Part shown: positions 13,078-26,059 of the stretch, in pieces
Position numbering within the stretch: the stretch's first letter is position 1
How the letters are laid out: each line of letters starts with the position of its first letter
Position numbers and translations under genes: made by a program
Notes under the pieces: model-generated
The model's input: the letters and a program-made list of their open reading frames with translations, nothing else
What the model was told of the DNA's origin: nothing
The model's database searches: none
Assembly: GCF_030144855.1 (NCBI RefSeq)
Contig: NC_082709.1
Location: forward strand, 127,534,001-127,598,000
Reading direction: 5' to 3'
From: Hypanus sabinus
Lineage: Eukaryota
Length of the DNA: 64,000 nt

Positions 13078-15877
13078 TCTACTCCACTCACAGCGTATTG
13101 CATACAAAGCTAGGCAAGGAGCTAAGCACCTCGTTAAAAATCACCCAAGTCAGAAGCTTTCTTCAAGGCTTTTAATGAGAAGACCTTGTGAAACTGCAGG
13201 AAGTTAAGTAAAACACATATTAGATTCAATACAGAATCATTGTGTGCCTGGATATTCTAATATAATTGATTATTCTCATGATCTGTGTTAAACAAGGTAA
13301 TACACACATACAACATTCTAAAGCTATGTTGTGGACTAGAGTGAACTTGTGGTAAGATAATAGCTTAATAGTGATAAACAATAAACATAATACTTCAAAG
13401 TATATCTACCAAATGCTTACAATGTTAAGAAAGTTTAAGGCTCACAGATATTGCTGTATCAAGGGCAAATAAAGAGTGGATGGAAATGGATGCCTTCCTA
13501 CAGTGTTTATTTCAAGTTGAAATCCAAATTACACCACCCAGGAAATGATTTAAAGAACAGTTTACCTACAGGAAGTGATGCTTATACAAAACCAACTGCA
13601 TACAAAATGAACAGTTTCTCGAGAAGCAGAACATTCCCTGCCTGACATGCATGATGTCAAACTTAGCTTCTGAAACTAAAAGTCAAATGATCGCTTTATT
13701 AAGTCTTTGGCAAAAGAAGGGCAGTTTCAGAGACTGATCCTGAAGCAGTCTCATTGCAGTTGAAAATGTTGTCCGTGATGACATACTTGCTTGTGGTACT
13801 GTCTGATGAGCAGACCGGTGACGTGGTGCTCACCCAGAATGACAATTGTGTGAGATACCTCTAAAGTGAGCTGAGCTCCCTCAATACATCTTCCAAATCA
13901 CCATAGCCCTTCACAATCAAGAAAGGGACAGTTGATTAATGTAACTTTGGATTGGGAGAGGTTCCTGCCTTGTGATGCACTAAACATCCTCTGTATTCAA
14001 GAATGATTCTAAATTTTGCCCCATTCAGTTGCTCCTCATTGAGAGGTAGCTTACAAATGTACAAACTACTGCAACAGCTATCTTTGGCTACTCCTACTCT
14101 CTTCTCTTTCACATGGATACTACTCACATGGGTCTGAAAAGACCTTGACGCCCATTCTCCAGGACATTAATCTTAAATGCACAGACAGTGGGCTTATGAG
14201 CACCTTCAAGGCATACTTCACCCACACAGACCCAATCTAGGTCTAGTCATTGGGCATAAGGTCCATCATGCCAACCATTGCACTGTTCATGTACCTCATG
14301 TACACAGATGGTGTCTCTGCCAAGCAACAGGAGAATCTCAGCAGAAGATTCAAGTGGGGGGATCTTGTCAGCTATGTCCTTAAGATGTGAACAACTATGT
14401 GCCACTTCAGAAGTTGGGATTTAATCCCTGATGATGGGAATATGGTTGCAGTCAATGAGAGTTGGCATGGATAAGCAGACCTCCCCTCCTATTGACTCCA
14501 TGACAAATACACCAGCTCTGCTTCTGGTAACTTCTGATGTTCCAGAGTATGTCTTTGGAGTGTCTGGTAAAATAGCTTCATCTGATGGAGGCTCAGCTGG
14601 CTCCCCACCATTCTCTGCTGCAGGTGTGCTGGAACCAGTAGGCTAAGGTGTTGGCCCTGAATTTAAAGCTGTACCTGGGTCAGTGTTGATAGATTCTTGG
14701 ATTATTTTCCTGGAAACTACCCTGATGCATCCTGCACCATGTGTCTGCTCGTGTTCTGCAATATATTGTTACTGCTTCTCCAGTTCTCCTCGCTGCCCTC
14801 CCCGATTCTCCAAAAGGCTCCAGATGACCATCTTATCTACATTCAAACTTACTGTGCTTCAGGGCTTCTCTGGCCAATCTCAGCATCTCACTGAAATTAT
14901 TGTCCAATGGTGATTTATCACCACAGCCTGGTGCAGAGATTGAGGGCTGTGCAATTAGTTCTGCAGTAGCTTCTGTTAAAAGGTGAGTCACTGATGCAGT
15001 TGGTGCACTGCTGACCCCTTGTCTGCACTTATTAAGTGGCAAAACCACCTGAGAAAAGTTTCCAAGTTGGGTGACATTGGACACTTCTCAATTTGTACTT
15101 AAATGAGGGTTCATCTTTCTTTGGGTTTGAATCTGAAGTAGAGGATGAAAGTTCAGTAGGAGGACTGGGGAAACATTTGTTTGGAAATTTGACAGGAAGC
15201 TGGTTCCTATTTTTGTCTGCTGCTTTGATTTTATCCTCTGTTGAGCAACCATTGTAGTGTATGGCATTCAGACGCATCTCCAGTCCACAGGCAATGCCCT
15301 TGAAAACAATTTATCTTTCCACTGTAGTACCCCTGGAGTGCATTGTGAACAAAACTAGGCAAGGAGTTATACACCTTTTCAAAAATAACATGAGCTGGAA
15401 GCTTTCTTCAGGGTTTTTAATAAGAAATCTTAGTGAAACTGCAGAAAGTTAAGAAAAACACATATTAGATTCAATGCAGAATTGTCATGCATCTGAATAT
15501 ACTAAAATAATTGATTATTTTCACAATCAGTGTTAAATAAGGTAATATACACATGCAGCATTCCATGCAAACTTGTGGTGCAACAATAATTTAATAGCAA
15601 TGAACGATAAACATAATACTTCCTTCAAAATACATCTGCTAAATGTCTACCAATATAAAGAAAGCTTAGGATTCACAGATACTGCTGTTTCAAGGGCAAA
15701 TAAAAAAATGGATGGAGATGGATGACTTTCTACCATGTTTGCTCCAAGTCCAAATCCAACTTAACCTGTAGAGGAAATGATGTTTTAAAATAAACCTTAC
15801 AAACAATTCTTTGTTCCAGTAATGTTTGTACAAAATGAACGGTATAAAAAATGAACAGCACATTTAGAGGCAGAACA
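13078..15877 (-). mobile_element. Old, internally deleted BEL/Pao LTR retrotransposon
   Basis: Diverged direct LTRs 13078-13633 and 15323-15877 (minus-strand TGTTCTGC...ACTACA). Exact 5-bp TSD ATCAG (13073-13077, 15878-15882). PPT GTCAGGCAGGGAA next to the 3' LTR. Internal minus-strand peptide HLKDIADKIPPLESSAEILLLLGRD...LDLGWVCVGEVCL parallels the young BEL element. Confidence 0.85.
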
Positions 15878-16153
15878 ATCAGTAGGTTGTGAGTGGGTGG
15901 CATGGAGAAGAATTGAGGAAAGGGCTGGGATAATTTCCATGACAAATCGCGAGGACATTCATAATGAGAGGTCAGATGAGAGAGATATCTGTGAAATATG
16001 GAATTTCACAAGAAGATATTGTGCAATGGGGGTTGATAGGCTATGAGTTAGCTGATTGGATGTATACTTAGCACCACACTACAGTAGTTCTGATCCTCAC
16101 TACTGACTAACTGTGTGGTAAGACAGTTCATTATAGTAAGGACACTCCCTTCC

Positions 16154-16401
16154 TCTCAGCTGAGGCAGCGTGTTTGTGTCCTTGAGCAAGGCACTTAACA
16201 ACACATTGCTCTGCGACAACACCGGTGCCAAGCTGCTTGGGTCCTAGTGCCCTTCCCTTGGACTACATCGGTGGTGTGGAGAGGGGAAGGCTTGCAGCTT
16301 GGGCAACTGCCGGTCTCCCATACAAACCTGCCCAGGCCTGTGCCCTGGAAACCTTCCAAGGCTCAAATCCATGGTCTCACGAGACTAACGGATGCCTATA
16401 T
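16154..16401 (+). mobile_element. 5'-truncated SINE with CORE-like motif
   Basis: Exact 10-bp TSD ACTCCCTTCC (16144-16153, 16402-16411); gtgtccttgagcaaggcacttaac resembles the CORE-SINE motif. Confidence 0.7.
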
Positions 16402-17151
16402 ACTCCCTTCCAATATGGTGAGGTGTTGAGATTGGAATAGTTTTTCCTCCAGATTTCTGCTGTGGGTATTAGTTGTGAACAACCTTCTCCCATAAAAGAG
16501 AAGAAAGGGTCTTATTTACCAAGTGTTTCATTATTTCTATGTGTGCTAATGATATTTCTGCTATGGTTGAATACTTGTAGATATGTGTGAGAATGTACAA
16601 GTGTTAGAAAGCATGTTAGTCAGTAAATGAAATATGTGTTTTCGGATGGTATTTGTGGCTGATTCTACCTTCCGTAACTGGACAGATGAGGTTAGAATAC
16701 AGAACAGTACATCACAGCAACAGGGTCTTCAGCCCAATATTAAACTAATTAAATTAATGTGAGACTAACCCCTTCTGTCCACATAATCTTCACATCCTTC
16801 CACTTCCTGCACATTAATCCACCTATCTAAGAACTTCTTGAAGATTTCTGTCATATTTTCTCTTACTACTCTCATCCCCCGCCACCCCAACAATGCATTC
16901 TGAGCACCCACCATTTTCAAACTTGATTCCCAAATTATTTGCATAAATTAACTGATTACTCCAATTAGCTAGCACCTACTTTTTTTTATTTTAAGAAGGG
17001 AAAGTAAATATTCTATATTTCAATATGCTTCTTCATTCATCGACTGTTGAACGCCATTGTTACTCACATTTTTTGTAAACATACTATTAATGCTTACAGA
17101 AATATCTGTGGCTTTCTAATTTTGCTAACTACTGCCTATTTTTCTTAATAG

Positions 17152-17308
17152 CTACAAAACTGGACCTTTCATCTGTCAGGAATAGGCTTGCTTCCCTCTA
17201 AGATGGACCCCATTAGTATCAGCGCTTGTGTTAACTCTCATGCATCACTTATTGTGCCTTTCAAGAACCCAACAGATGATCTTCTTCTGATAGATGTGGT
17301 GCTAACAG
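17152..17308 (+). CDS. CFAP47: CFAP47-like coding exon C
   Basis: Acceptor ttttcttaatag, donor AG|gtgatg; 157 nt, phase 0 to 1. Encodes LQNWTFHLSGIGLLPSKMDPISISACVNSHASLIVPFKNPTDDLLLIDVVLT; the W-F-LSG-G and IPFKNPT motifs match CFAP47. Confidence 0.9.
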
Positions 17309-17894
17309 GTGATGAACAAAAGCCCATTAAATTTGATCAATTTAGATATATCTTCCTGAATATTCATTAATGATGAAGTCTTTATAATATTTATAGTTTA
17401 AAACTCAGTTGTGAAGCACATTTGTTTTAATGAACTTCCCAGTTAATAATATATACTGGTGTTAATTATAGCTTACATAAATGCTTTTATTGGTTTGTTC
17501 TAATAGATTAGTGATCTTCTTTAGTAGGTTGTTGTGTCCATGGAATATATCTGTAATCAATAGTCAGTGACTTCAAAGACAAGGAAAACTTCCAACAAAC
17601 ATACAGTATGATAAGATTATTTCAATATGTAAATCCCTGAGTTAGAATTGATGGAAAACACTTAAAACTACGGTACTCTTAGCCATGTAAAGTATTGAAC
17701 TATGTTCTTACAGTGAACAATTTTACACTATTTTATCCATTTCTGCAAAAATAAAATAAAATATTTGTTTTATCGTTAGTATTTCCTACAGTGAATATGC
17801 TTAGGAGCTGTTAGTAGCATTGGAGATATTAAGGCAACTGGTGGATTAGAAATTATCTGTTTTGTTCAATAACAATGCCAGATAGAACACAGTA

Positions 17895-20800
17895 CATAGA
17901 ACATGGGATGCTACAGCACAGTCTAGGCCCTTCAGCTCACAATGTTGTGCCGAGCCTTTAATCCACTCTAAAGATCAATTTGACCCTTCTCTCTCACATA
18001 CCTCTCTATTTTTTCTTTCATTTATGTACCCAAGTGCCCAAGTGTCTCTTAAATGTCCCTATGTATTTGTCTCTACCACCATCCCTGGCAGCCCGTTCCA
18101 CACACCTACCATTCTCTGTGAAAAAAAACCTCTCTCTTACATCCCCCCCCAGGCTTTCCTGCAAATACCTGAAAGTTATACCCCCTTGTACTAGCCATTT
18201 CCACCCTGGAAAAATGTCTTTGGCTATTCACTCTATCAATGCCTTTCATCATTTTGCATATTTCTATCAAGTCAACTTCTATTCTCCTTTGCTCCAAAGC
18301 ACAAAACCCTAGTTTGCCCAACCTATCCTCATAAGATGGGCTGTCATATCTAGGCAGCATTGTGGCAAATCTTCTCTGCATTCTCTGTAAAGCATCCACA
18401 TCCTTCCTATAATGTGGCAACCAGAATTCAGCACAACACTTCAAGTAACTCAGCAGTCAGACAGCATCAATGGAGTGGAATAAGGAGTTGATATTTCAGG
18501 ACAAGATCCTTGATCAGAAATTTCAACTCTTTATTCCTTTTTATAGATGCTCCCTGACCTGCTAAGTTTCTCCAGCAATTTATGTATGTTACTCTGGATT
18601 TCCAGCATCTGCAAAATCTCTTGTGTTTACATGATACAAGTATGATCTAACCAGAGTTTTATAGAGCTGCAACATTTCCTCATGGCTCTTGAACTCAGTG
18701 CCCTGATTAATGAAGGCCAACACATCATATGCCTTCTTATTTTTGCTGCAACTTTGATGGATCTATGGACATGGCCCCTGACATCCCTTTGTTCCTCCAC
18801 ACTGTTAAGAATCTAGCCATTAATCTTGTATATTCACTTCAAGTTCGACCTTCCAAAATGAATCTCTTCACATTTTTTCCAGATTGAACTCCATATGCCA
18901 CTTCTATTCAGCTCTGCATCCTATCAATATCCATTAATAACTTATGACAGCCATCTGCACTGTCCACAACACCACCAACTTTCAAGTTAGCTGCAAATTA
19001 ACTAACCCACCCTTCCAATTCTTCATCCAAGTCATTTAAAAAAAACGCAAAGATCAAGGATCCCAGAGCAGATTTCATGCAGAATGACATTGCTCACCAA
19101 CATCCAGGCAGAGTACCTTCCATCTACTACCACCCTCTGCCTTATGTGGACAAGCCAATACTGAATCCTTGCAGCAAAGTTTTGCTGGATCCTACGCCTG
19201 CTGATTTTCTACCTTTTCAAATGCCTTACTAAAATCCATACACATCACATCTACTGTTTGCCTTCATTAATTTGCCTTGTCAGTTCCTCAAAGAATTCAG
19301 TCTCACAGCCTGCCCCTCGCAAAATCAGTTTGACTATCCCTCAATTTGAATCCCCTCTAATAATCTGCCACCCCCCCCCCCGATGTAAGACTCTCTAATC
19401 AATAATTCACAGGGTTAATCCTGTTAATATTCTTGAATAAAAGAATAACATTTTCCACCCTCCAATCATCTGGCACTACTCTTCTTTTCCTTTGATTCCC
19501 ATAGTAACCTGGGGTATATCCTGTTGGGCTCCGGGATTTATTCCTCTTATGTGAATACTGAAGTATATCATTAAGGATTTCCTATACCTCCTCTCCCTCT
19601 AGACAAGGGTTTCCTCTTTTAGCCCTGATAAATCCTATCCTCACTTGAGTAATCCTCCTGTTTTTCACGGATGTGAAGGAAACCTTGGTGTTTTCTTTAA
19701 TCTTGCTTGCCAAGGTCTTCTCATGTCCCCTTTTATCTCTCCTAAGTTCATTCTGAAGCTTCTTTCTCTCTAGAGCCCTATCTAATCCTTACTTCTTGAA
19801 CTTAAGCTAAGATTCTTTCTTCCTCTAAACTAGATGTTCCATATCTCTTATCAACAATAGTTCCTTCACCCTACCATCCTTTCCCTGCTTCAGTGGGTCA
19901 AACCTCTCTAAATCCCAGTGCAAGTGCTCCCTAAATAACCTCAACATTTTTGTTGTGCATTTCCCTGAGTACATCCATCCCCAATTTACGGTCCGAAGTT
20001 TTTGCCTAATACCATCATAATTCACCCTCTCCCAATTAAATACCTTCCCATACTGTCTGCTCCTATCCCTGTCCAAAGCTATGGTAAAGGTCAGGGAGTT
20101 TTGGTCACTGTCTCCAAAATGCTCAGCCACCAAGAAATGAGTCATCTGACCAAATTCATTGCCTAGTACCAGATCCTGTAGTCTGCCTGACTAAATATTA
20201 TGTCAGGAATCCTTCCTGGACATGCCTAACAAATTCTACCTCGACTAAGCCTTTTGCATTAAGGAGATACCAATCAATATTAAGGAAGTTGAAGTCATCC
20301 ATGACAACAACTCTTATTTTTGCATCTTTCCAAATTCTGATCTGCACCTCAGTATCTCTGTAGATGTTGGGGAACGTATAGAATACTCCCAATAGAGTGA
20401 TCGCTCCTTTCCTGTTTCTGACTTCCAATTATACTGACTCAGTAAATGATCCCTCCACAACATGCTCCCTTTCTGCAGATATGATACTATCCATGATTAG
20501 CAATATCTCTTCCCCACCTTATTTTACCTCCCTCCCTGTTCCATGTGGAACATCTACATCCCAGAACTTCCAGCAACCATTTCTGCTCTTGTGACAGCCA
20601 AGTTGCTGGAATGGCTACATCTTAGCTCTATGCTCTTACTGTATCACTTTGTTCCTCATACTTCTTACATTAAAATAGACGCATTTCAACCCATCCAACT
20701 GACTTTAATTATGCCCTTTTCAGTGCCTATCCTTCCTTACAGTCTCTCTACAAGCTGCATTGACCTTTACAGCAACTGCCCCATCCTCTGATGTATCACT

Positions 20801-21115
20801 CTGGATCCCATCCCCCTGTCAAACTAATTTAAGCCCTCTCTATCAGCTCTAGCAAACCTGCTTCCCAGGATATCAGTCCCACTCAAGTTCAAATGTAACC
20901 TATCCCTTTTTTATAGTCATACCTTCCCCAGAAGAGATCCCAATAATCCAGAAATTTGAAACCTTGCAGCAATTCTTCAGCCATCCATTCATCTGCCATA
21001 CCATCCTATTCTTGCCCTCACTGGGGTGTGGCACAGGCAGAAATCCACCCTTGAGTTCCTGCTTGTCAGCTTCCAAAATAGCTCCCTGTATATACTCTTC
21101 AGGACCTTATCCCTT
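17895..21115 (-). mobile_element. Long decayed CR1 LINE (ORF1 end, endonuclease, RT, 3' UTR)
   Basis: FWLPHYRKDVDAL, EHFGDSDQN, VVVMDDFNFLNIDW, EVRNRKGAITLLGVFY motifs on the minus strand. Confidence 0.9.
18446..18628. mobile_element. Palindromic Penelope-derived insertion inside the CR1
   Basis: Inverted arms, e.g. gaataaggagttgatatttc versus gaaatttcaactctttattc; both arms resemble the Penelope terminal repeat at 55224-55358. Confidence 0.65.
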
Positions 21116-21137
21116 ATTATATATTTAAGGTATTAAG

Positions 21138-21140
<3 letters not shown>

Positions 21141-21214
<74 letters not shown>
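21141..21214. repeat. (TAT)n microsatellite, ~24 units
   Basis: Uninterrupted tattattatt run about 280 nt upstream of exon D. Confidence 0.97.
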
Positions 21215-21217
<3 letters not shown>

Positions 21218-21491
21218 TTCTGTTTTTTTATACTTAAGGTATAAACAGCACTTTGTTTCTCCTTTGGATCACAGAACTGAACGAATACATTCAAAGTTAA
21301 TTTGTTTATATACGTTATTTCCTATCTTGTTTCAACACCAAATAAAGTGGAACTTACTACTTCTTTCATAAAATATTTATTCCTCCATATGCTAATTTAG
21401 CAATCACTTTGATTTGACATGATGAAAGAATACAAGAGTTATAGATTTATTCTTTAGATGCAATACTAAATTGTGAAAATTTCCATTTCAG

Positions 21492-21587
21492 ATAATAAAC
21501 AAGTCACACATAATCAAAGTCCTTCAGATCTGCTACAATGCGTTAACAAACAGGTTGTTTTTTGCATTCCCCTGAAACAAAGCAGAG
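21492..21587 (+). CDS. CFAP47: CFAP47-like coding exon D
   Basis: Acceptor ccatttcag, donor AG|gtactg; 96 nt, phase 1 to 1, compatible with exon C. Encodes (D)NKQVTHNQSPSDLLQCVNKQVVFCIPLKQSR(G). Confidence 0.8.
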
Positions 21588-22059
21588 GTACTGATTTTCA
21601 AAATCTTTTGATACAAGAGTGTATTTCTGTAGAGTTTTTAAGATCATGTGCATATTTAATAGTTAATCTCTGAAATTATTTAATTTCGTATTTATTCAAT
21701 GCTTATCACTTCGGCAATTTTTATTTAGTGTTTGAAGAATTCCAGTCAGCACGCAATATTATGTAAAAGCTATAGATCAAATCATTCAGCTAATTAATCC
21801 ATTCCATAAATTTTCTTGAGCACTAACTTTTTATTATATCTATGTCCCTGTCACTATTTTTTTATTTGTATCATCAAGTTCAAGTTCTGATCTAAGACAT
21901 CTTATTAGTTTCAGTTGCTGAATTTTTGAAAGTCTAACATGAATTGGAATGAGGCATATATTCATTATTATCTTTTAAAAATGCATAGACCTAAACAAGG
22001 CCTATACATATATACATACACGCACGCATGTACACACACACCACCACCACCACCACCCC

Positions 22060-23010
22060 GAGATTAATTTTATTTTCTCTCAGGCATACAGTTAATCCAT
22101 AATAGGGTAATAGCTATAATAGAATTAATGAAAGACCTCACCAACTTGGGTGTTCAACCAGTGTGCAAAAGGCATAAATTGTGCAAGTACAAGAAAGAAA
22201 TAGTAATAATAAATAAAGAAACAATAAATATTGAGAATATGAGATGAAGAGTCCTTGAAAATAAGTCCATAGGTTGTGGGAACATTTTAATGATGGGGCT
22301 AATGATGTTGATTGAGGCTCTCCCCTTTGGTTCAAGAGCCTGATGGTTGAGAGGTAATAGCTGTTCCTGAACCTGGTGGTGCATATCCTGAGGGTCCTGT
22401 ACCTTCTCCCTGATGGCAGCAGTGAAAAGAGAGCATGCTATGGGTGGTGTGGGTCCTTGATGATGGATGCTGCTTTCCTGTGACAACATTTCATGTAGAT
22501 ATACTTAATGGTGGCGGGGGAGGGGGGCTTTGCCTGTGATGGACTGGGCCTTATCCACTACTTTCTAAGGAAGTCAAGGTACTGCTGTGTTTTCTTCAGA
22601 ATTGTACTTGCATGCTGGACTCAGGACAGGTCCTCCAAGATGATAACACTGAGGAATTTTAAGTTGCTGACCTTCTCCAATTCCAATCCTCTGATGAGGA
22701 CTGGCTCATGGACCTCTGGATTCCCCCACCTGACATCAATAAGCAGTTCCTTGGACTTGATGACATTGAATAAGAGGTTGTTATTACGCACTACTCAACC
22801 AGATTTTAAATCTCCCCCCCCCCCCCCCTCCATATGCTGATTTATCACCACCTTTGATTTGGCCTGTGACAGTGGTATTGCCAGCAAACTTGAATATGGC
22901 ATTTAGAGCTGTGCTTAGCCACACAGTTGTAAGTGTAAAGTGAATAGAGGAAGGGGCTAACCACATAGCCTTATGGTGCACCTGTGTTAGTGGAGACAGT
23001 GAAGGAGAGG
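22060..23010 (-). mobile_element. Rex/Babar remnant
   Basis: IFKFAGNTTVTGQI (FADDTTVVG-like) motif; 3' region shared with other Rex copies in the window. Confidence 0.8.
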
Positions 23011-23439
23011 TCTGTTGCTAATTGCCTATGAATCACCACACACAATCTCTGGCTGCCTGCACCTATTAGAATTAGATTGGAGACCTAACCAAGCTGACTT
23101 CCATTGCCAGGATACAGCCTTTGAGGCACAGTGCAGCATCAGAGGTGACTAGGTTTTAGGCAATATTCTACTGGGCGCCATTCTGGAACAATACTGACAA
23201 TATTTAACAGATGGCAAAGCTAGAAGAGGAATGAATCTGTCAGATCTGTAAGGCTTTTCTGTACAGATGTTATATGTCTCTGATATTTAGTAACAAAACT
23301 AATAAAATCATAGCAATGGTTTTTCAAAATTATTATATGTTTTCAATTGTAATTGATTAAACGCAAAATATAAAGTTAACAAATAGAAACAGTAAAATGT
23401 TAACTTAAATATAATAGTTTTGAGTGTGGGCAAAGAAGT

Positions 23440-24205
23440 AGCAGATGGAATGTAGAACAGGAAAGTCTGAGGTTTCACACTTTGGTAGGAAGAGTAAAGG
23501 TGCAAACTGTTTTCTAAATGGAGAAAAAATTCAGAGATCAGAGGTACAAAGGAATTTGAGAGTTCTGGTTCAGGATTTCCTTTTGGTTAGTTTGCAGACC
23601 GAGTCAGTAGTAAAACAGGCAAATGCACTGTTAGCATTCATTTCAAAAAGACTAGAACACAAGTGTGAGGATGTACTGCCCAGGCTTTTTAAAGCGTTGG
23701 TCAGATAGCACTTAGAATTTTGTGAAAAATGTGCTGGCTCTAGAGAGGATCAAGAAGAGATTCATAAGAATGATTCCAGGAGTAAAAGGCATAATGTATG
23801 AGAAACATTTGATGACTTTGGGCCTAAACTCAGTGGAGTTCAGAAGGATGAGCTAGGATCTCATTGAAATCTTCTGGATACTGAAAGGACTGGATAGAGT
23901 GGATGTAGAGAGGATGTTTCCATGAGGAGAGTCAAGAATCTGATGGCATAGCTTCAGATTAAAGGAATGTCCTTCTAACTGAGATGACGAGGAATCTCTT
24001 CAGCCACAGATAATGAATCTATGGAATTCCTTGCCATAGAGGACTCTAGAGGCCATCATTGATAGACTCTTGATTGGAAATGGATTAATGGTTATGGAGA
24101 GAAGAGTGAAGATCTGGCTTGATAAAAAAACTCAGCCATGACTGAATTGTGAAGCAGACTCAGTGGTCTGTATGGTCTAATTCTGCTCTGGAATTTTATG
24201 GTCTT
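23440..24205 (+). mobile_element. CR1 LINE 3' fragment
   Basis: KSEVSHFGRK, EVQRNLRVLVQD, KQANALLAFI motifs; 3' tail 'ggtctaattctgctc...atggtctta'. Confidence 0.8.
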
Positions 24206-25000
24206 ACTTTACATAATTAATAAAATCACCTAACACTTGAATTTTCCTTGGGAATTTGAACAAGGCAATTTCAGTTCCAGTCTATGTAACCTCATATTGT
24301 TCTTCTTCCAACTATCTGGGAGCTGGTGACTAAAATGGGAAAGCTGTCACACAGAATGACTCAGCCACAGATTTGTAGCTTGGAGTGTGCCAAACTCTTC
24401 CAAGATGGCACTGAAAATATATGGTGACATTTTGTGGGCAGCTCACAAGACCAATAGATATTTTATGACATACTTCTTCTGAACTATGATCACTGCAATC
24501 CATAACCTGTAATTTCCCTTTAAGAAATGTATTTTTGAACCATCGACCTGAACTAGTAATTTTATGATCTTCTAGAGGATTTGGCGAACTTGACTCAGTG
24601 ATGCAGATACGGCACCTTGAAGCAGATGAAGGTTGGCCATACACAGGAGTGGACTTCAAGCCAGATTAAACATTAAGCAAAAAACAAACTGGTGTTCAGC
24701 CCCACTACTCCATGCCAGCTAAGGTCTCCCACCTGAGCCCACCCCATCTGCCTGTGTTTGACTTGTCTTTCTCTCTTCTCATAACTAGCATTTGGTGGGA
24801 AGTACAAGAGTTTTGGGTCCAAGTTCATGAACAGCTGTTGCCCTACAACCATCAGGCTCTTGGACTGATGTGGATGGATTCAGTTACCTCAGTGCTGAAC
24901 CTGCTACACAGTCTGTAGGCTCATTTTCAGGGGCTCTTTCAGTGATAGTACTATTCCTAATAGAGCTAGGTAAAGGTTTGAAAGACTTATCTTCCAAAAT

Positions 25001-25990
25001 GTTCAGTTCAGTTCAATTTCAGTTTATTGACATTTAGAAACCACAAATGCAATGCAGTTAAAAAATGAGACAACGTAACTCCAGAATGATATTACAAAAG
25101 CACATGACCAAACAAACTACACCAGAAATCCACATAACATTTGGCAATCCCCAGATCCAGAGTACGGAGAGGCTGCTGCGTATTAATATTGTGCTACCAT
25201 TTTAGCGCATTCCCCAGAAAGGAGTTCCAAACCCACCAGACAAAACAAGACTACCCAGACACACCAAGTCAGGAGACCAACTCTACCACCCAACAAACCA
25301 AAAACTAAAGCTACACAAAGCCACATAGTTACATATAGTTATAGTTAACATATAGTTACAACAGTGCAGACAATACCATAATTGATAAAAAAAAACAGAC
25401 CATGGGCACAGTAAAAATAGTCCAAAGATGTTAGAAGACTATAAGTTCAAAAGAAACCACCACACAGTTTCCACAAGTCCTCAGGGTCCCAATAGACTCG
25501 TCATCCCACGCAGGCAGAAGAAGGAAACACCCCCGCTATGGACTTCCAAGGCACCGCCGAACTCAGCCTCGCAGACACAGCACACAATGAAAGCTCCATC
25601 AGACCCAGCCTTGCAGACGCAGCACACAGTGAAAGCGCCTTGACCACAGTGGACTCTAAGTCTGCTGTCGAACCTCCGAGCCTCCAACCATCCCCTCCGG
25701 CACAGCCTCTCTGAGCACCATCCTCTGCCGAGCGCACTACGACACCCCCACCAATGGCCACCGGCAATGTGACCCCGAGGACTGGGGGCCTGTTCTTCTC
25801 AGCAGAAACCTGGACCTCACAATAGCAGCAGCAACGGAGAAGGCCTTCCTCGAGATTTCCAGATGTTTCTCTGTGCTCCCACATCCGTTTTTCATCAGGT
25901 TAGGATTGTGCATGGCATCCTGGCTTAACAAATAACAGATATCAACTCTGGAGAGGCCGCTGCAAACCACGTCACGCCGCCATCTTGCTC
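25001..25990 (-). mobile_element. ~1 kb non-coding (non-autonomous) non-LTR-like element
   Basis: Minus strand starts CAAGATGGCGGCG and ends AATAAA followed by (CTGAA)n; CpG-rich; no RT-like ORF. Confidence 0.6.
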
Positions 25991-26059
25991 CAGTGCTTCA
26001 ATCTATCTATGTCAATTAGTTATCAGACTAACCATTTTACAACATGATCTATATTTCTT

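Noticed and set aside
17188-17370. ORF-track 60-aa ORF (and 21473-21673) as stand-alone genes
   Set aside because: They are CFAP47 exons C and D read through into intron; splice sites and phases explain them.
25860-25900. Minus-strand CTGATGA...GAAAC with a TGTG/CACA hairpin as another hammerhead
   Set aside because: Eight unpaired nt separate CUGAUGA from the hairpin, and there is no credible stem I or III.
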